Notes under the pieces: generated by a model
What the model was told of the DNA's origin: nothing
What the model saw: only the letters and a program-made list of their open reading frames with translations
The model's database searches: none
Shown: positions 32,546-46,235 of the stretch, one piece after another
Layout: each line of letters opens with the position of its first letter
Numbering within the stretch: position 1 is the stretch's first letter
Assembly (NCBI GenBank): GCA_950097015.1
Contig: CATNEN010000033.1
Coordinates: 4,836,001-4,900,000, forward strand
DNA length: 64,000 nt
Direction: 5' to 3'
DNA from: Macrostomum hystrix
Lineage: Eukaryota; Animalia; Platyhelminthes
Translations under genes and position numbers: made by a program

Positions 32546-33192
32546 CAATCTGAATCTCCCTGTTGTTTCCGATCCAATTCAACTTATTCTTGCTTTTGTT
32601 TTAAGCGTTAGGCGTCCAAGAAGATGTTGAGGCACAGCTGAGGCCTCATCGATTTCGGCTCAAATGAAGCTGCAAATTTCACGATCTGAGCTGGCTGATA
32701 TTCTTGACAATCTCAACTGGACAAATATTTGAATTAGTCAAACAAGTCTGTCATGTGTCTGTGCAGTTTTCTCAGAATCTGCAGCCTCGCACTCTGGTCT
32801 TGTGGGGTCAGGAACCGGGCCGCAGAGACACAATTCTGTGTCATTTTCTGCGGAATCCTCGGAACCGCCGACAAGTGGCGGTGGGGGTTGGGCTGGAAAC
32901 CTGAGCCCCTATCTGCTGACGATGTGTGTCAGGTGAAATTAAATAGACACTTAAGCCTCTTAATCGTGCGTGCCCAGAGGCGCTTGAGAAACAGGCCCGA
33001 AGAATCTAGTAGGACAGAAGAGAGAATAAAAGTGAAATGAGACAAATCAGCGAAATGAGATTTCACGGCTTTGCATGAGCGGGGTACGGAGCTGTGACAG
33101 CTGTGAAACCCAACACTGGCCTAACCCAGCTGATAGGTCGGGCCTCACTTTGCCTCTGAGCGAGTGGAAGCGCATTTCTCTCAGTGTGATTG

Positions 33193-33630
33193 GGCACAGG
33201 ACACAGGACACAGAACACAGAACACAGAACACAGGACACAGGACACAGGACACAGAACACAGAACACAGGACACAGGACACAGGACACAGAACACAGAAC
33301 TCAGGACACAGGACACAGGACACAGGACATAGGACACAGGACACTGGACACAGGACATAGGACACAGGACACTGGACACTGGACACTGAACACTGGGCAC
33401 AGGACACAGGACACAGAACACAGGACACAGGACACAGGACATAGGACACTGGACACTGGACACTGGGCACAGGACACAGGACACAGGACACAGGACACAG
33501 GACACAGGACACAGGACACAGGGCACAGGACACAGGACACAGGACACTGGACACAGGACACAGGACACAGGACACAGGACACAGGACACAGGACACAGGA
33601 CACAGAACACAGGGCACAGGACTCAGGACA
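33193..33630. repeat. GACACAG-based 7-bp repeat (AACACAG, GACACTG, GACATAG variants)
   Basis: 7-bp periodicity. Confidence 0.96.
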
Positions 33631-34417
33631 TAAATTGGATTTGCAAAGCACAATTTAAACCATCACATGTTGTTCATGTGTCATCCCTTCAAGTTTGATC
33701 AGTTGTCATTAATGTCAGAGGCCCAATCATAACAGGTTGCGCGGGTGAGCAGTGCTCAGTGAGCTGTGCCACGCACGCCACACAAGCCGCTGGTCCCCAG
33801 TTGTGAATTCAAGCGTACACTGGGAATCGGGTGTCCCGGGGCCCATATGTGCATCTCCAGTTTCCTTCTCGCCAACTGAGAATCAAACGGAAACAACGGG
33901 CGTGAAGAAGCAATTGTGACAAACTCAGGAAGCCTTGCGGCACCACTTTGCGCGTGTTGGCAGCTCGCGTGAGCCCTGCTTGATTGGCTTCATGTCTGCA
34001 CGCCCGGTGTTTTGATATTTTCCCATCCCGCGACTCGAGTTTGTTAGTTAGTGTTGTAGCGGAAATGATAAATGGGTGGAGGAGCAGCCACCTGTTTTAG
34101 CATCTGTTAACCTGCCACAGGCCCCCGCGCCAGTCATACAGGGAACCTTGAGCTGTGAGTCACGGCTGTACCAGCAGAAATTAAAAGTGAAAATTTTCAG
34201 TTTTTGTTCTCTGTTTGTCATTTCACTGACGCAAAATCAAAACAGGACACAGAGGACAGGGCTCAGGACACAAGGCTCAGGGCACAACGCTCGACACAAG
34301 GCTCAGGACACAAGTTTCAGGGCACAACGCTCGACACAAGGCTCAGGACACAACGCTCAGGACACAGAGCCATGAACCTGCAAACCCATATTCTCCCATT
34401 CCATTCTCCAGCACTCA

Positions 34418-35500
34418 GGACTCAGGACACAGGACACAGGACACAGGACACAGGACACAGGACACAGGACACAGGACACAGGACACAGGACACAGGACAC
34501 AGGACACAGGACACAGCACACAGGACACAGGACACAGGACACAGGACACAGGACACAGGACACAGGACACAGCACACAGGACACAGGACACAGGACACAG
34601 GACACAGCACACAGGACACAGGACACAGGACACAGGACACAGCACACAGGACACAGCACACAGGACACAGGACACAGGACACAGGACACAGCACACAGGA
34701 CACAGGACACAGGACACAGGACACAGGACACAGCACACAGGACACAGGACACAGGACACAGGACACAGCACACAGGACACAGCACACAGGACACAGGACA
34801 CAGGACACAGGACACAGGACACAGCACACAGGACACAGGACACTGGACACAGGACACAGGACACAGGACACAGCACACAGGACACAGCACACAGGACACA
34901 GGACACAGGACACAGGACACAGGACACAGGACACAGGACACAGGACACAGCACACAGGACACAGCACACAGGACACAGGACACAGGACACAGGACACAGC
35001 ACACAGGACACAGGACACAGGACACAGGACACAGCACACAGGACACAGCACACAGGACACAGGACACAGGACACAGGACACAGCACACAGGACACAGGAC
35101 ACAGGACACAGGACACAGGACACAGGACACAGGACACAGGACACAGGACACAGCACACAGGACACAGGACACAGGACACAGGACACAGCACACAGGACAC
35201 AGCACACAGGACACAGGACACAGGACACAGGACACAGGACACAGCACACAGGACACAGGACACTGGACACAGGACACAGGACACAGGACACAGCACACAG
35301 GACACAGCACACAGGACACAGGACACAGGACACAGGACACAGGACACAGGACACAGGACACAGGACACAGGACACAGCACACAGGACACAGCACACAGGA
35401 CACAGGACACAGGACACAGGACACAGCACACAGGACACAGCACACAGGACACAGGACACAGGACACAGGACACAGGACACAGGACACAGGACACAGGACA
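34418..35500. repeat. GACACAG-based 7-bp repeat (CACACAG variants); degenerate copies from about 34236
   Basis: 7-bp periodicity. Confidence 0.97.
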
Positions 35501-37408
35501 CTAAGTCATTGGACACACGCACGGATATGCGAACGCAAATCGATTGTGTCCACAGTGTCTGCCTGAGTTGTAAATCCATAACGCAAATAGCAGAGGATCT
35601 TCAGTGACATAAGCGAGTCTGAGATACAAGAGTGTGACACGCGTGACGTACACTACCCACCTTAAATTTAGGAAGCAGATCCCTGTATTCCTGTTGGCAG
35701 CCAGCAAAGACAGCCAAAGCGAACCAGAGAGAAGAGATTTACAGCGCAGATGTCTATCAGGGGATCCCCGCTGCTTTTCGCCGGGCCATCGCCATGGCGA
35801 TCAAGGGGATGGCGAATGGAACCCGAACCGCTTCGGGCTTCGACTCTTCAAGTGATTCCCCTCGCTTCCCCTGCGCAGAGAAGCAGCAGGATGTTTGCGC
35901 GCCTAGGAAGTAGCGTCCTCGTATCCGACCCAGACTCCGCTGCTTCATCAGCTCCTCTGCCCAGCTTTCCCACGGCAAGACCCGTTCCCCAAATCCCCCT
36001 GAAACTGCTTCAACGCTCGCTCGAGAACTCAGCTTTCATCACCGGCCACCCCGGCGTCCCATTCCAGACCCCCCGCCACCAAGGCCCACCTGCTGTGGTG
36101 TGCAAAAACCTGCAGCCTTGCCTGTGCCCGGCAAAACTGCCCTTGGCAATTATACTGCTCCTCTTTTGCTGCTTCGCATTAAAACAAAACCCACGGAAAG
36201 AAAAAGTTATGGGGGAAGAGAGAGGAAGAGAAAGGAAAGGGAAAAACATGGCTAGAGGGGAGTTTTTGGCCCGTTAAAAAACACCTTTCGACACCTTCCA
36301 CCCTCCGCTCCAACCCTTGCCGTGCGAGGCTACTTTTTTGTAGGAGTGCAGGCGGCCCTCCATCACAGCCATCCGCATCCTTGACTTTCCGCTGCCTCGC
36401 CTGACAATGACTCCTAACCATGAGGCCGGACAATGAGCTCTGAGCTGCTCACAGTTCTGTCTCTCGGTGCCCGCTTTCCTGCAGACAAAAGCCGCCGGGA
36501 CTCTCCCTGGCTGCTTTTTTATCATATTTTTTTCTCTGCCACCCTCAGTGTCTGCGTGCGGCCCTGTCCCACTGCTGCAACTGAAGTGCGTATACAAAAT
36601 TAGATGAGACATTTGCTGGAGCTCGATTGTCCAGCAACTGTGCCTGCGCCATGGAGTCTTTGCCAGCTGTGCTCAATCATATAGTGGCCCTTAAAGCAGT
36701 TATGAACAATGATGAGTGCAGTCCGACTTTCAAATAAATCTGCTCCGCCCTGACCCCTGCTGGGTGTCAGACCCGAGCTCTGAAACAAAAATAATGAAAA
36801 AGCAAACATGACTTCAGACCTCCAGTGGATGAAGGCACTTCACCTCGGAGGCCAGAGAGATAGCCTCAGTGCAGTTGTGGAGTGGAACGGACAATGGACT
36901 GCAATGATAGAGTGACTCTTGCTTGCATGGGTGAGTTAAGACCTTGGGTGGCTTCCGCTAAGTCTCCCCGTGTCTCCCCTGGTCCGTCAGCAGCAGAAGC
37001 GTGAGTTGAAGTGACAATCAAAACAGAAAAAATGCTGAATTCCCGACTGTTTGACTACCGCATAGGAAGACCCGCGGCTTGTGCGTGTTTTTTTTCGCCC
37101 GCTAACAACAGATACCAGCTTCTGCTGCTGAAGAAAATGCGATTGTAGGCATCCCCAGACACTAATGGGATGATTCCCCTAATTTATCTCCACTTACTTA
37201 TGCCTTCCTCTCTTCTCTTGCATGCATTCCTCCATTCATTGCACCCACCGCGAACTGACTCTCACAGAATGCCACTACCTACCTGTCTGCCTGACTCTCT
37301 GTCTGTCTCGCCCAGTCTCCAAGTCTCACTGTCTCTCTGTCTCTCTGTCTCTCTGTCTCTCTGTCTCTCTGTCTCTCTGTCTCTCTTTGTCTGTTTCTCT
37401 CTGTCTCA

Positions 37409-38293
37409 GCAAGATCTGTAGCTAGAATTGCAGCAAGATTCGTAGATGGAATCGCAGCAAGATCTGTTTATGGAATCGCAGCAAGATCTGTAGCTAGAAT
37501 TGCAGCAAGATTCGTAGATGGAATCGCAGCAAGATCTGTTTATGGAATCGCAGCAAGATCTGCAGTTAGAATCGCAGCAAGATCTGCAGTTAGAATCGCA
37601 GCAAGATCTGCAGTTATGAATCGCAGCAAGATCTGCAGTTAGAATCGCAGCAAGATCTGCAGTTAGAATCGCAGCAAGATCTGCAGTTAGAATCGCAGCA
37701 AGATCTGCAGTTAGAATCGCAGCAAGATCTGCAGTTAGAATCGCAGCAAGATCTGCAGTTAGAATCGCAGCAAGATCTGCAGTTAGAATCGCAGCAAGAT
37801 CTGTAGTTAGAATCGCAGCAAGATCTGCAGTTAGAATCGCAGCAAGATCTGCAGTTAGAATCGCAGCAAGATCTGCAGTTAGAATCGCAGCAAGATCTGC
37901 AGTTAGAATCGCAGCAAGATCTGCAGTTAGAATCGCAGCAAGATCTGCAGTTAGAATCGCAGCAAGATCTGCAGTTAGAATCGCAGCAAGATCTGCAGTT
38001 AGAATCGCAGCAAGATCTGCAGTTAGAATCGCAGCAAGATCCGTAGATGGAATCGCAGCAAGATCTGCAGTTAGAATCGCAGCAAGATCCGTAGATGGAA
38101 TCGCAGCAAGATCCGTAGATGGAATCGCAGCAAGATCTGCAGTTAGAATCGCAGCAAGATCCGTAGATGGAATCGCAGCAAGATCTGTAGTTGAATCGCA
38201 GCAAGATCCGTAGATGGAATCGCAGCAAGATCCGTAGATGGAATCGCAGCAAGATCCGTAGATGGAATCGCAGCAAGATCCGTAGATGGAATC
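37409..38293. repeat. 24-bp minisatellite (GAATCGCAGCAAGATCTGCAGTTA), about 36 copies
   Basis: Period 24; variant units clustered at both ends. Confidence 0.97.
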
Positions 38294-39094
38294 CCTGTCT
38301 CTCTGTCTTTGTCTGTTTCTCCCAGTCTCCCAGTCTCCCAGTCTCCCAGTCTCCCTATCTCTCTGTCTCTCTGTTTATCAGTAACTTTGCCTCTCTGTCT
38401 CTGCCCGCCTGTTTCCCACATCCCCTACCAGCTTGTCACAGAGTGTTTGCCACCGAGAGCCTCGCCATGCCGTGGACCATTGCAGCTCAAACAAGCCAGG
38501 CGGGAGTTTACAAAGGATGAGATCCCTTCCATGCCTCAGCTCTTCCCTTCATCTTGCCAGCGCATCTCTCAGGCTTTGTTCTATTCTCTCCTGTCTCGCA
38601 TTCGCTTCCCCTGTTTCCTGAGTCCCTTTGCCAGCCTTCATCGATCTGGCACTTCTCAGCCGCAGTTGGCAGGACAGCGCAGAAACTGTTGTCCGGATGA
38701 GGATTAATGACTGGCGTGCTGCGGGTGACCCAATGAGTTCATCCTGTGTTTCTTTAACTGGCGATTCTAAAATAATACGTCTATTCTGATTCTATTCTAC
38801 GAGTATTCACCGGTCGCGAGCCCACGGGGTCGATGAGGACTCAATCCCACTGGTCTCACGGCACTTTTCTCCATTTCTTCTAGCCGCTCAGTTTTTTTTA
38901 ATTTTCAGAGCAACGGCTTTTGGGAGCGAGAATGAAATCCATAAAACTGAGGACCGCTGGCCATCCCCGGAGATTGCCACTGTCCACCCAGCCTCCTCAT
39001 TCCTGTCTCCCCTCTTCCTATGGGACTTTGTCTTTGCTAAATTTTCTTAACTTCCCAATCCGCACATATGCTTCACTGATTTGTTTATTCTGTC

Positions 39095-39305
39095 TGTCAG
39101 ATCAGCGAGCCTGTCTGTCAGATAAATGAGCCTGTCTGTCAGATAAATGAGCCTGTCTGTCAGATCAAGGAGCCTGTCTGTCAGATCAATGAGCCCGTCT
39201 GTCAGGTCTGTATGAGCCTGTCTGTCAGATCAATGAGCCTGTCTGTCAGGTCTGTATGAGCCTGTCTGTCAGGTCTGTATGAGCCTGTCTGTCAGGTCTG
39301 TAGCC
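39095..39305. repeat. Degenerate 21-24-bp repeat (GAGCCTGTCTGTCAGATCAAT)
   Basis: About 9 copies. Confidence 0.88.
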
Positions 39306-42078
39306 TGTTGCACCAGCTCAGCACATCGCACGCGTCAAATCACGCATAAGGCACAGCGGGCCAGCTATAAGAAGAGGCTGAGCAGGCGCATTGCTAGACG
39401 CCGAGCGCAGAGGAGAGAAGAAGGGGGTGAGAATGAAAAAAATTGGTAAAACGCGATGCAAGAGCAGCAGAGATGAAGCAGAGATGAGGCTGGACTAGCA
39501 GGCGTGGGTCGGGCAGCCCCTAATTCGATAGGACAAGCCGACCTGATTAGGCCCGACATCGATCGTCAGCGAGTGCGGTGGATTTGGGATTCTTCTGGCC
39601 GGCGGGATGTCGAGAGGCGATGCGAGATGAGGCGAACACCAAAAACTTTCCCCAAATCTACTCCCCCCTCCCTCGTGTGCTTTTCCTCTTTGAGTTATTG
39701 GGATCGCCTTCAAGACGCACAGGACACAGCCGACAATGTGACTCACCAGAATCTGCTCACTTTGAGCAGCAAAAAGGGAAAAAAAGAAAATCCACTGTTC
39801 GAGTTTGGTCTACAGAGAGAGATCGATTCATTGTGTGGATGTTGATTCGTCAGATTATTGGTAACGGATACACACACACGCGTATGCTTGATACGATTAT
39901 AGCCGACTTAGGGCACTGGCCATAGGCTTGAGTTTGTCCAAAGGATTTGCCGCCGCCCCTGCGCGCTGCTGTGTTTGCCAATTCTAAGCAGCTAACACGG
40001 ATCCTTACCCAGACTTTTTGCATAGCCCTAACCCGTACTCATACACTGCCTGAGTTAGCGGGTCTTTATTCCGTGAGTTTTGAGCATAGTTCCAGGTCTT
40101 TGTGATAATTACCGACTAATTAGAGACAAAGAAGGACAAAGCATGTTGTGTGACTGAGTGAGTGTCTCCAATGGTGCATAATTACAGGCAATGGACTCCA
40201 ACTCTTGACTCCAACTGGAGTTCAGCCCCAGGTAGGCTGGAGACTGTCTGTCAGTTGATTTTTTCTATTGGGATGACAATTTTTTCTATCTTGCCTTTCA
40301 ATGTTTTCAAACGTGTAATTACGCACGCATCTGCAATCCTGACTGTACAAATCAAAATCACATCTGATTTCACAATGGAAGGCCTTTGTTTCTCGGTGTA
40401 AAATTTTCCAAGACTTTCTTTAAAATCCAACACTTGCCATTCAGGTAGTGGTGGAATTCTCAAAGAATTCTGCAATAATGCCTTGAGAAGATGTTTTCTG
40501 CTTCTGTTTGCAGACAGAGAATGCAGCACTATCAAACTCAGGCATGACTCAAAGTTTTGTCTGCTTTTCTGTGTGCATATTCTATGCCTAAGAACTGCAC
40601 ACTTACTGGATCAAAGGAAAGGGATGAGGCAAAAATAATGGGACAAGATGGCCTGCAGCCTGAGAAACTGAGTAAATGGGGATTTTATTCCCACAACTTG
40701 CACATCTCCCTATTCATCCCCCGAGGGCAACTGGGCCTATGAAACTTATCCCCTGTCAAGCCGCAAGGGCCGTTTGACTCTATAGCGGAATATGCGCTGC
40801 GGGAAATGGGATATTTCGGCTTCCAGGACTGGCTTTCAGGCTGGAGGGAAGTGGGCTAGGATGGGAGAAATGGACAAGCGACTAGGGATTTGGGATAATC
40901 TGCATTCTAGCCGCAGCACTTGACAGCCCCGGAGCCACCCAGGCGGAGAAGCTCGCGGCTTCAAGGACAAGACGGCGCGATCAGGGTTCACTTATGCTCA
41001 GGTGGGAAACTTTCGCTTCTTCAGGAAGTACTTTCCCGCCTCTTCTTCTCTTTTTTGCACCTGGAATTTGGGTAGCAACTCGAGAGGGGAGAAAAAGTGT
41101 CCGTCTGTTCACAACTCCCCAGAAAAACACAGATCCCTACCCGATGCCCAAGTACACGGGAACTGCTGCACGCAGTCTGAACACTTGAGCACAGCTAAAG
41201 AAATGAGCACGCAGACATTCTCAGACTTTTGAGTTGGAAGTAGAGCAGCCTGAGTCAGCAGCCAGTTGCCACTTTCAGGCGTCAATTTGAAAGCTAATTA
41301 AATTGCCAATTACCTACAAAATGTATTTCTTGTTATTTGCTAGTAGGGAGAGAGGTGGTAGGGCAGGTAGCGCGGGCCGATTGTTTGCCTGGTGTTGGCT
41401 CCCCTGGCTCTGGTGGATCCGGTGATTTTCTAGGAAATTTTCAGGATTCGTCTCTGAGCCCTCAGGAAGTCACAGAAACAGCCCCCCCCCGATTTCACCT
41501 GTTCGCCAGTGGGGCGGGGAGTGTTAGGCAGGGAGAGGGACATTGTGCTTGGGTGACACTCCTTTTTAAAGCAATATTTACCCAGTGGGACAGGTGGATA
41601 AACACGGTCAGGGTGACAAGTTGACAGCCATGAGGCCATCGCGCAGCCATCAGCAGTCAGGCACCGGTCAATGCGAGCGGGAGGGGCGGCGAGATTTTAT
41701 CGACAGTTGTGGAATTCTGAAATATTCGGCTAGGATTTCAGCTTATAGTTCGGAAATATTCATTGCGAGCATCATTCACAGGCACCAAACTATGGGACTC
41801 ATTCTCTAAAGCCAAATGAGCAAGAAACCTTCCGGACTGGGGAAATTTATCCCCCCCAAGCATCGGCGGCGGTTTCGACCTGAGCCGGGGCAATAAAGAA
41901 ACGGAAATGGGAATCAGAAATTGGAGAGCAATTGTGGGAGGAGAAGCTGGAGGAAAGGGGAAGCTGAGAGATGATGAAGGAGTCTGGGCGATAGCAAGAC
42001 TGCTCAATGGTCTTGGACTCAATGGCAATTTTCAATGCTTCTGTGAGTTATGAATAATAATTGCAGAGAAAATATTTA

Positions 42079-42602
42079 ATTCCTGGTGTCTGTCTGTCCA
42101 TTCCTGGTGTCTGTCTGTCCATTCCTTGTTTGTGTCTGTCCGTTCCTGGTGTCTGTCTGTCCATTCCTGGTATCTGTCTGTCCATTCCTTGTTTGTGTCT
42201 GTCCATTCCTGGTATCTGTCTGTCCATTCCTTGTTTGGGTCTGTCCATTCCTGGTGTCTGTCTGTCCATTCCTGGTGTCTGTCTGTCCATTCCTGGTGTC
42301 TGTCTGTCCATTCCTGGTGTCTGTCTGTCCATTCCTGGTGTCTGTCTGTCCATTCCTGGTGTCTGTCTGTCCATTCCTGGTGTCTGTCTGTCCATTCCTG
42401 GTGTCTGTCTGTCCATTCCTGGTGTCTGTCTGTCCATTCCTGGTGTCTGTCTGTCCATTCCTGGTGTCTGTCTGTCCATTCCTGGTGTCTGTCTGTCCAT
42501 TCCTGGTGTCTGTCTGTCCATTCCTGGAATCTGTCTGTCCATTCCTGGTGTCTGTCTGTCCATTCCTGGTGTCTGTCTGTCCATTCCGGTGTCTGTCTGT
42601 CC
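42079..42602. repeat. 21-bp minisatellite (TTCCTGGTGTCTGTCTGTCCA), about 25 copies
   Basis: Period 21. Confidence 0.97.
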
Positions 42603-43410
42603 TCCTTTAACTTCCCACAAGATGAAGCTTTGGGTCCCTCTCTGGTGGAATTGCATAGTTAAAATTTTTTATTCCTTCCTGAATTGATAATTCTGGCAAT
42701 GTGCTAATTTTTTCTCCCATCCATTCTACGCCTATCTAATGAAGCAAATTTCGCACCTTGGCTGCCAGTTGAATGATCCCAGAATCCCAAAATCGGGTGG
42801 TAATTGCTGGTGTTTAATCCTGCGCGGGGCTCTCACCTGTGTTTTCATTGATAATACAGGCCTTATTACGCAACGTATTGGACGGTAACCGGGGATCTAT
42901 GGCATTTTGAGTTAATCCCAGCGCCCTGTTTCACACCCTGGTAACTAATATTTTGACCAGTGAGTCTGCTGCTATCATTTGGTCTATAACTTAGCTGTTA
43001 GCTGTTATCTGCGTTCTGTATGGGGTTAGAAATCCACACAGTTTATTTATGCCTCTACCTTCTTAGATGAGTGAAAGAACTACATTGAAAGCGGGATAGA
43101 GTCAGCGACTGAAAGATGATAGATAGATGAGTGTGTGAGCCAGACAATCAATCAACTTGATGCGGCCGTGTCATCTTCCCTACTCCCAGACCCACCGCCA
43201 ACCCCCCTTGCAACTTCTGTCCACCCGGACGGCCTCTGAAAGTGCTCAGTGAAAAGGACTTGAGTGGTACTGCAGTCTTGTAGCTATCGGGACCTCAGGC
43301 CAAGCTGAGAGCGGATCTGCCTCTGAGGCGGTGAGTGAGGGATTGAGGCCGGCCAAATCTGAATGAGAATTGAGCATGCGGAGCTGGCTTTGCTGATAGA
43401 TTTGCTGCTC

Positions 43411-43490
43411 TGCCTGCTTGCCTGTCTGCTTGCCTGTCTGTCTGCCTGTCTGCCTGTCTGTCTGTCTGTCCGTCTGTCTGTCTGTCTGTG

Positions 43491-43556
<66 letters not shown>

Positions 43557-44010
43557 CTGTCTGTCTGTGGTCTGTCTGTCTGCCTGTCTGCCTGTCCTTC
43601 TGTCTGTCTGTCTGTCTGTCTGTCTGTGGTCTGTCTGTCTGCCTGTCTGTCTGTCTGTCTGTGGTCTGTCTGTCTCTCTGCCTGTCTGTCTGTCTGTCCG
43701 TCTGTCTGTCTGTCCGTCTGTCTGTCTGTGGTCTGTCTGTCTGTGGTCTGTCTGTCTGTGGTCTGTCTGTCTGTGGTCTGTCTTTCTGTCTGTCTGTCTG
43801 TGGTCTGTCTGTCTGTGGTCTGTCTGTCTGTGGTCTGTCTGTCTGTGGTCTGTCTGTCTGTGGTCTGTCTGTCTGTGGTCTGTCTGTCTGTGGTCTGTCT
43901 GTCTGTGGTCTGTCTGTCTGTGGTCTGTCTGTCTGTGGTCTGTCTGTCTGTGGTCTGTCTGTCTGTGGTCTGTCTGTCTGTGGTCTGTCTGTCTGTGGTC
44001 TGTCTGTCTC

Positions 44011-44059
<49 letters not shown>

Positions 44060-44330
44060 CTGTCTGTCTGTCTGTCTGTGGTCTGTCTGTCTGTGGTTTG
44101 TCTGTCTGTGGTCTGTCTGTCTGTGGTCTGTCTGTCTCTCTGCCTGTCTGTCTGTCTGTCCGTCTGTCTGTCTGTCTGTCTGTCTGTGGTCTGTCTGTCT
44201 GTGGTCTGTCTGTCTGTGGTCTGTCTGTCTGTGGTCTGTCTGTCTGTGGGCTGTCTGTCTGCCTGTCTGCCTGTCCTTCTGTCTGTCTGTCTGTGGTCTG
44301 TCCGTCTGTCTGTCTGTCTGTCTGTCTGTG

Positions 44331-44376
<46 letters not shown>

Positions 44377-44540
44377 GGTCTGTCTTTCTGTCTGTCTGTC
44401 TGTGGTCTGTCTTTCTGTCTGTCTGTCTGTGGTCTGTCTGTCTGTGGTCTGTCTGTCTGTGGTCTGTCTGTGGTCTGTCTGTCTGTGGTCTGTCTGTCTG
44501 TGGTCTGTCTGTCTGTGGTCTGTCTTTCTGTCTGTCTGTC
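43411..44540. repeat. (TCTG)n microsatellite with recurrent TGG insertions (15-bp superunit)
   Basis: TCTGTCTGTCTGTGG units. Confidence 0.97.
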
Positions 44541-45518
44541 AAACGAGCTCTTTGCGCCTGAAGCAAAAGTGGCAAATTTCTGGGGAAAGTGACGCACGGA
44601 GAGTTGGACGCCTGGCTGGGTGAGTGGCGAGAAGGAATTAAAAAGTGGAGCTTTAAGCCGCTGCGTGTTTAATTGCTTTTGGTCAGTGTGAATGAGAAGC
44701 AGCAGCAGCAGCCGATTTTCCCAATGAGAATGCGTCCCTCTTCCCTGCACCCTCTCTCTAAGGCATTGCCTCTGGGACAAGCTTGTGGATACCTCTGGTG
44801 TATCGTCACCCTTCACTCCACTTTGGTAGTGTCCGTCAAAACACGCGCACACACTAGACACTCTCTACTCACAGTCTACTCAGCCACATATCCCACACCA
44901 ATGAGCTATTTAGCTAGAGGCCAAGCAGATTATTGCAGATCAGCAGGAGGTCCCTGCTGGCCAGGCTGCAACAGGCGATGTGGGTGCATTGGGTGGGGAC
45001 TGGGGGCAGTTGATTTGAGAAGGCGAGAGTGAAATGGGGATAAAAATAAGTAGGCCGGCTGTTGCGTCAGCTTTTTGTGGATTAAGGGGAAGAATATCCC
45101 TCCACTAACCGGAAAATGAAAGCTGCAAGTTTTGCTCGTCAGTTATAACAGTTGGGTGAGTTTAGATTGTAGATTTGAGTCCATAAGTTGAGCAGCGCTG
45201 AGAAGCAGACTGGGCGGACAGACAGTGAAGGCATGGAGTCAACTGGCTGCTTTTGTCAACAATGAAAACTCTGCGAGTTTGTGTTTTACATTTTACTCTC
45301 GCTCTCTAAATTCCCAGATCAAGCATGAGCATTTTCATTTGCCAGGCTGCTCAATATCGATTGCATAGCGCCAGATCTTTTAGTACGAGGTGGAGGCAAT
45401 CACTGCAAACTGTTTGCTGACCGGAGAACAGCTGACAAAATCCTATAATAGCTTATTCTCTCAGACTCTATCATTCAGTCTAGCCTTACTTACCGTTTTT
45501 AGTTTCTACTGCATAGTC

Positions 45519-46235
45519 TCTTCTGTCTCTTCTTCCCCTGTCTCTCTTCCCCTACCACCTTCTTCCCCTCTCTCTGCTCCCCTCCAATCTTCTTCCATGT
45601 CTCTGCTCCCCTCCAATCTTCTTCCCTGTCTCTGCTCCCCTCCAATCTTCTTCCATGTCTCTGCTCCCCTCCAATCTTCTTCCATGTCTCTGCTCCCCTC
45701 CAATCTTCTTCCCTGTCTCTGCTCCCCTCCAATCTTCTTCCATGTCTCTGCTCCCCTCCAATCTTCTTCCATGTCTCTGCTCCCCTCCAATCTTCTTCCA
45801 TGTCTCTGCTCCCCTCCAATCTTCTTCCCTGTCTCTGCTCCCCTCCAATCTTCTTCCATGTCTCTGCTCCCCTCCAATCTTCTTCCCTGTCTCTGCTCCC
45901 CTCCAATCTTCTTCCATGTCTCTGCTCCCCTCCAATCTTCTTCCCTGTCTCTGCTCCCCTCCAATCTTCTTCCCTGTCTCTGCTCCCCTCCAATCTTCTT
46001 CCCTGTCTCTGCTCCCCTCCAATCTTCTTCCCTGTCTCTCTTCCCCTACCACCTTCTTCCCCTGTCTCTCTTCCCCTACCACATTCTTCCCTGTCTCTCT
46101 TCCCCTACCATCTTCTTCCCTGTCTCTCTTCCCCTACCACCTTCTTCCCCTGTCTCTGCTCCCCTCCCATCTTCTTCCCTGTCTCTCTTCCCCTACCAAC
46201 TTCTTCTCCTGTCTCTGCTCCCCACCAATCCTCTT
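45519..46235. repeat. 29-bp pyrimidine-rich minisatellite (TCTCTGCTCCCCTCCAATCTTCTTCCATG)
   Basis: Period 29, degenerate at the edges. Confidence 0.95.

Noticed and set aside
40251-40535. 94-aa AT-rich ORF that looks protein-like
   Set aside because: No recognisable motif, splice context or partner exons; needs BLASTX
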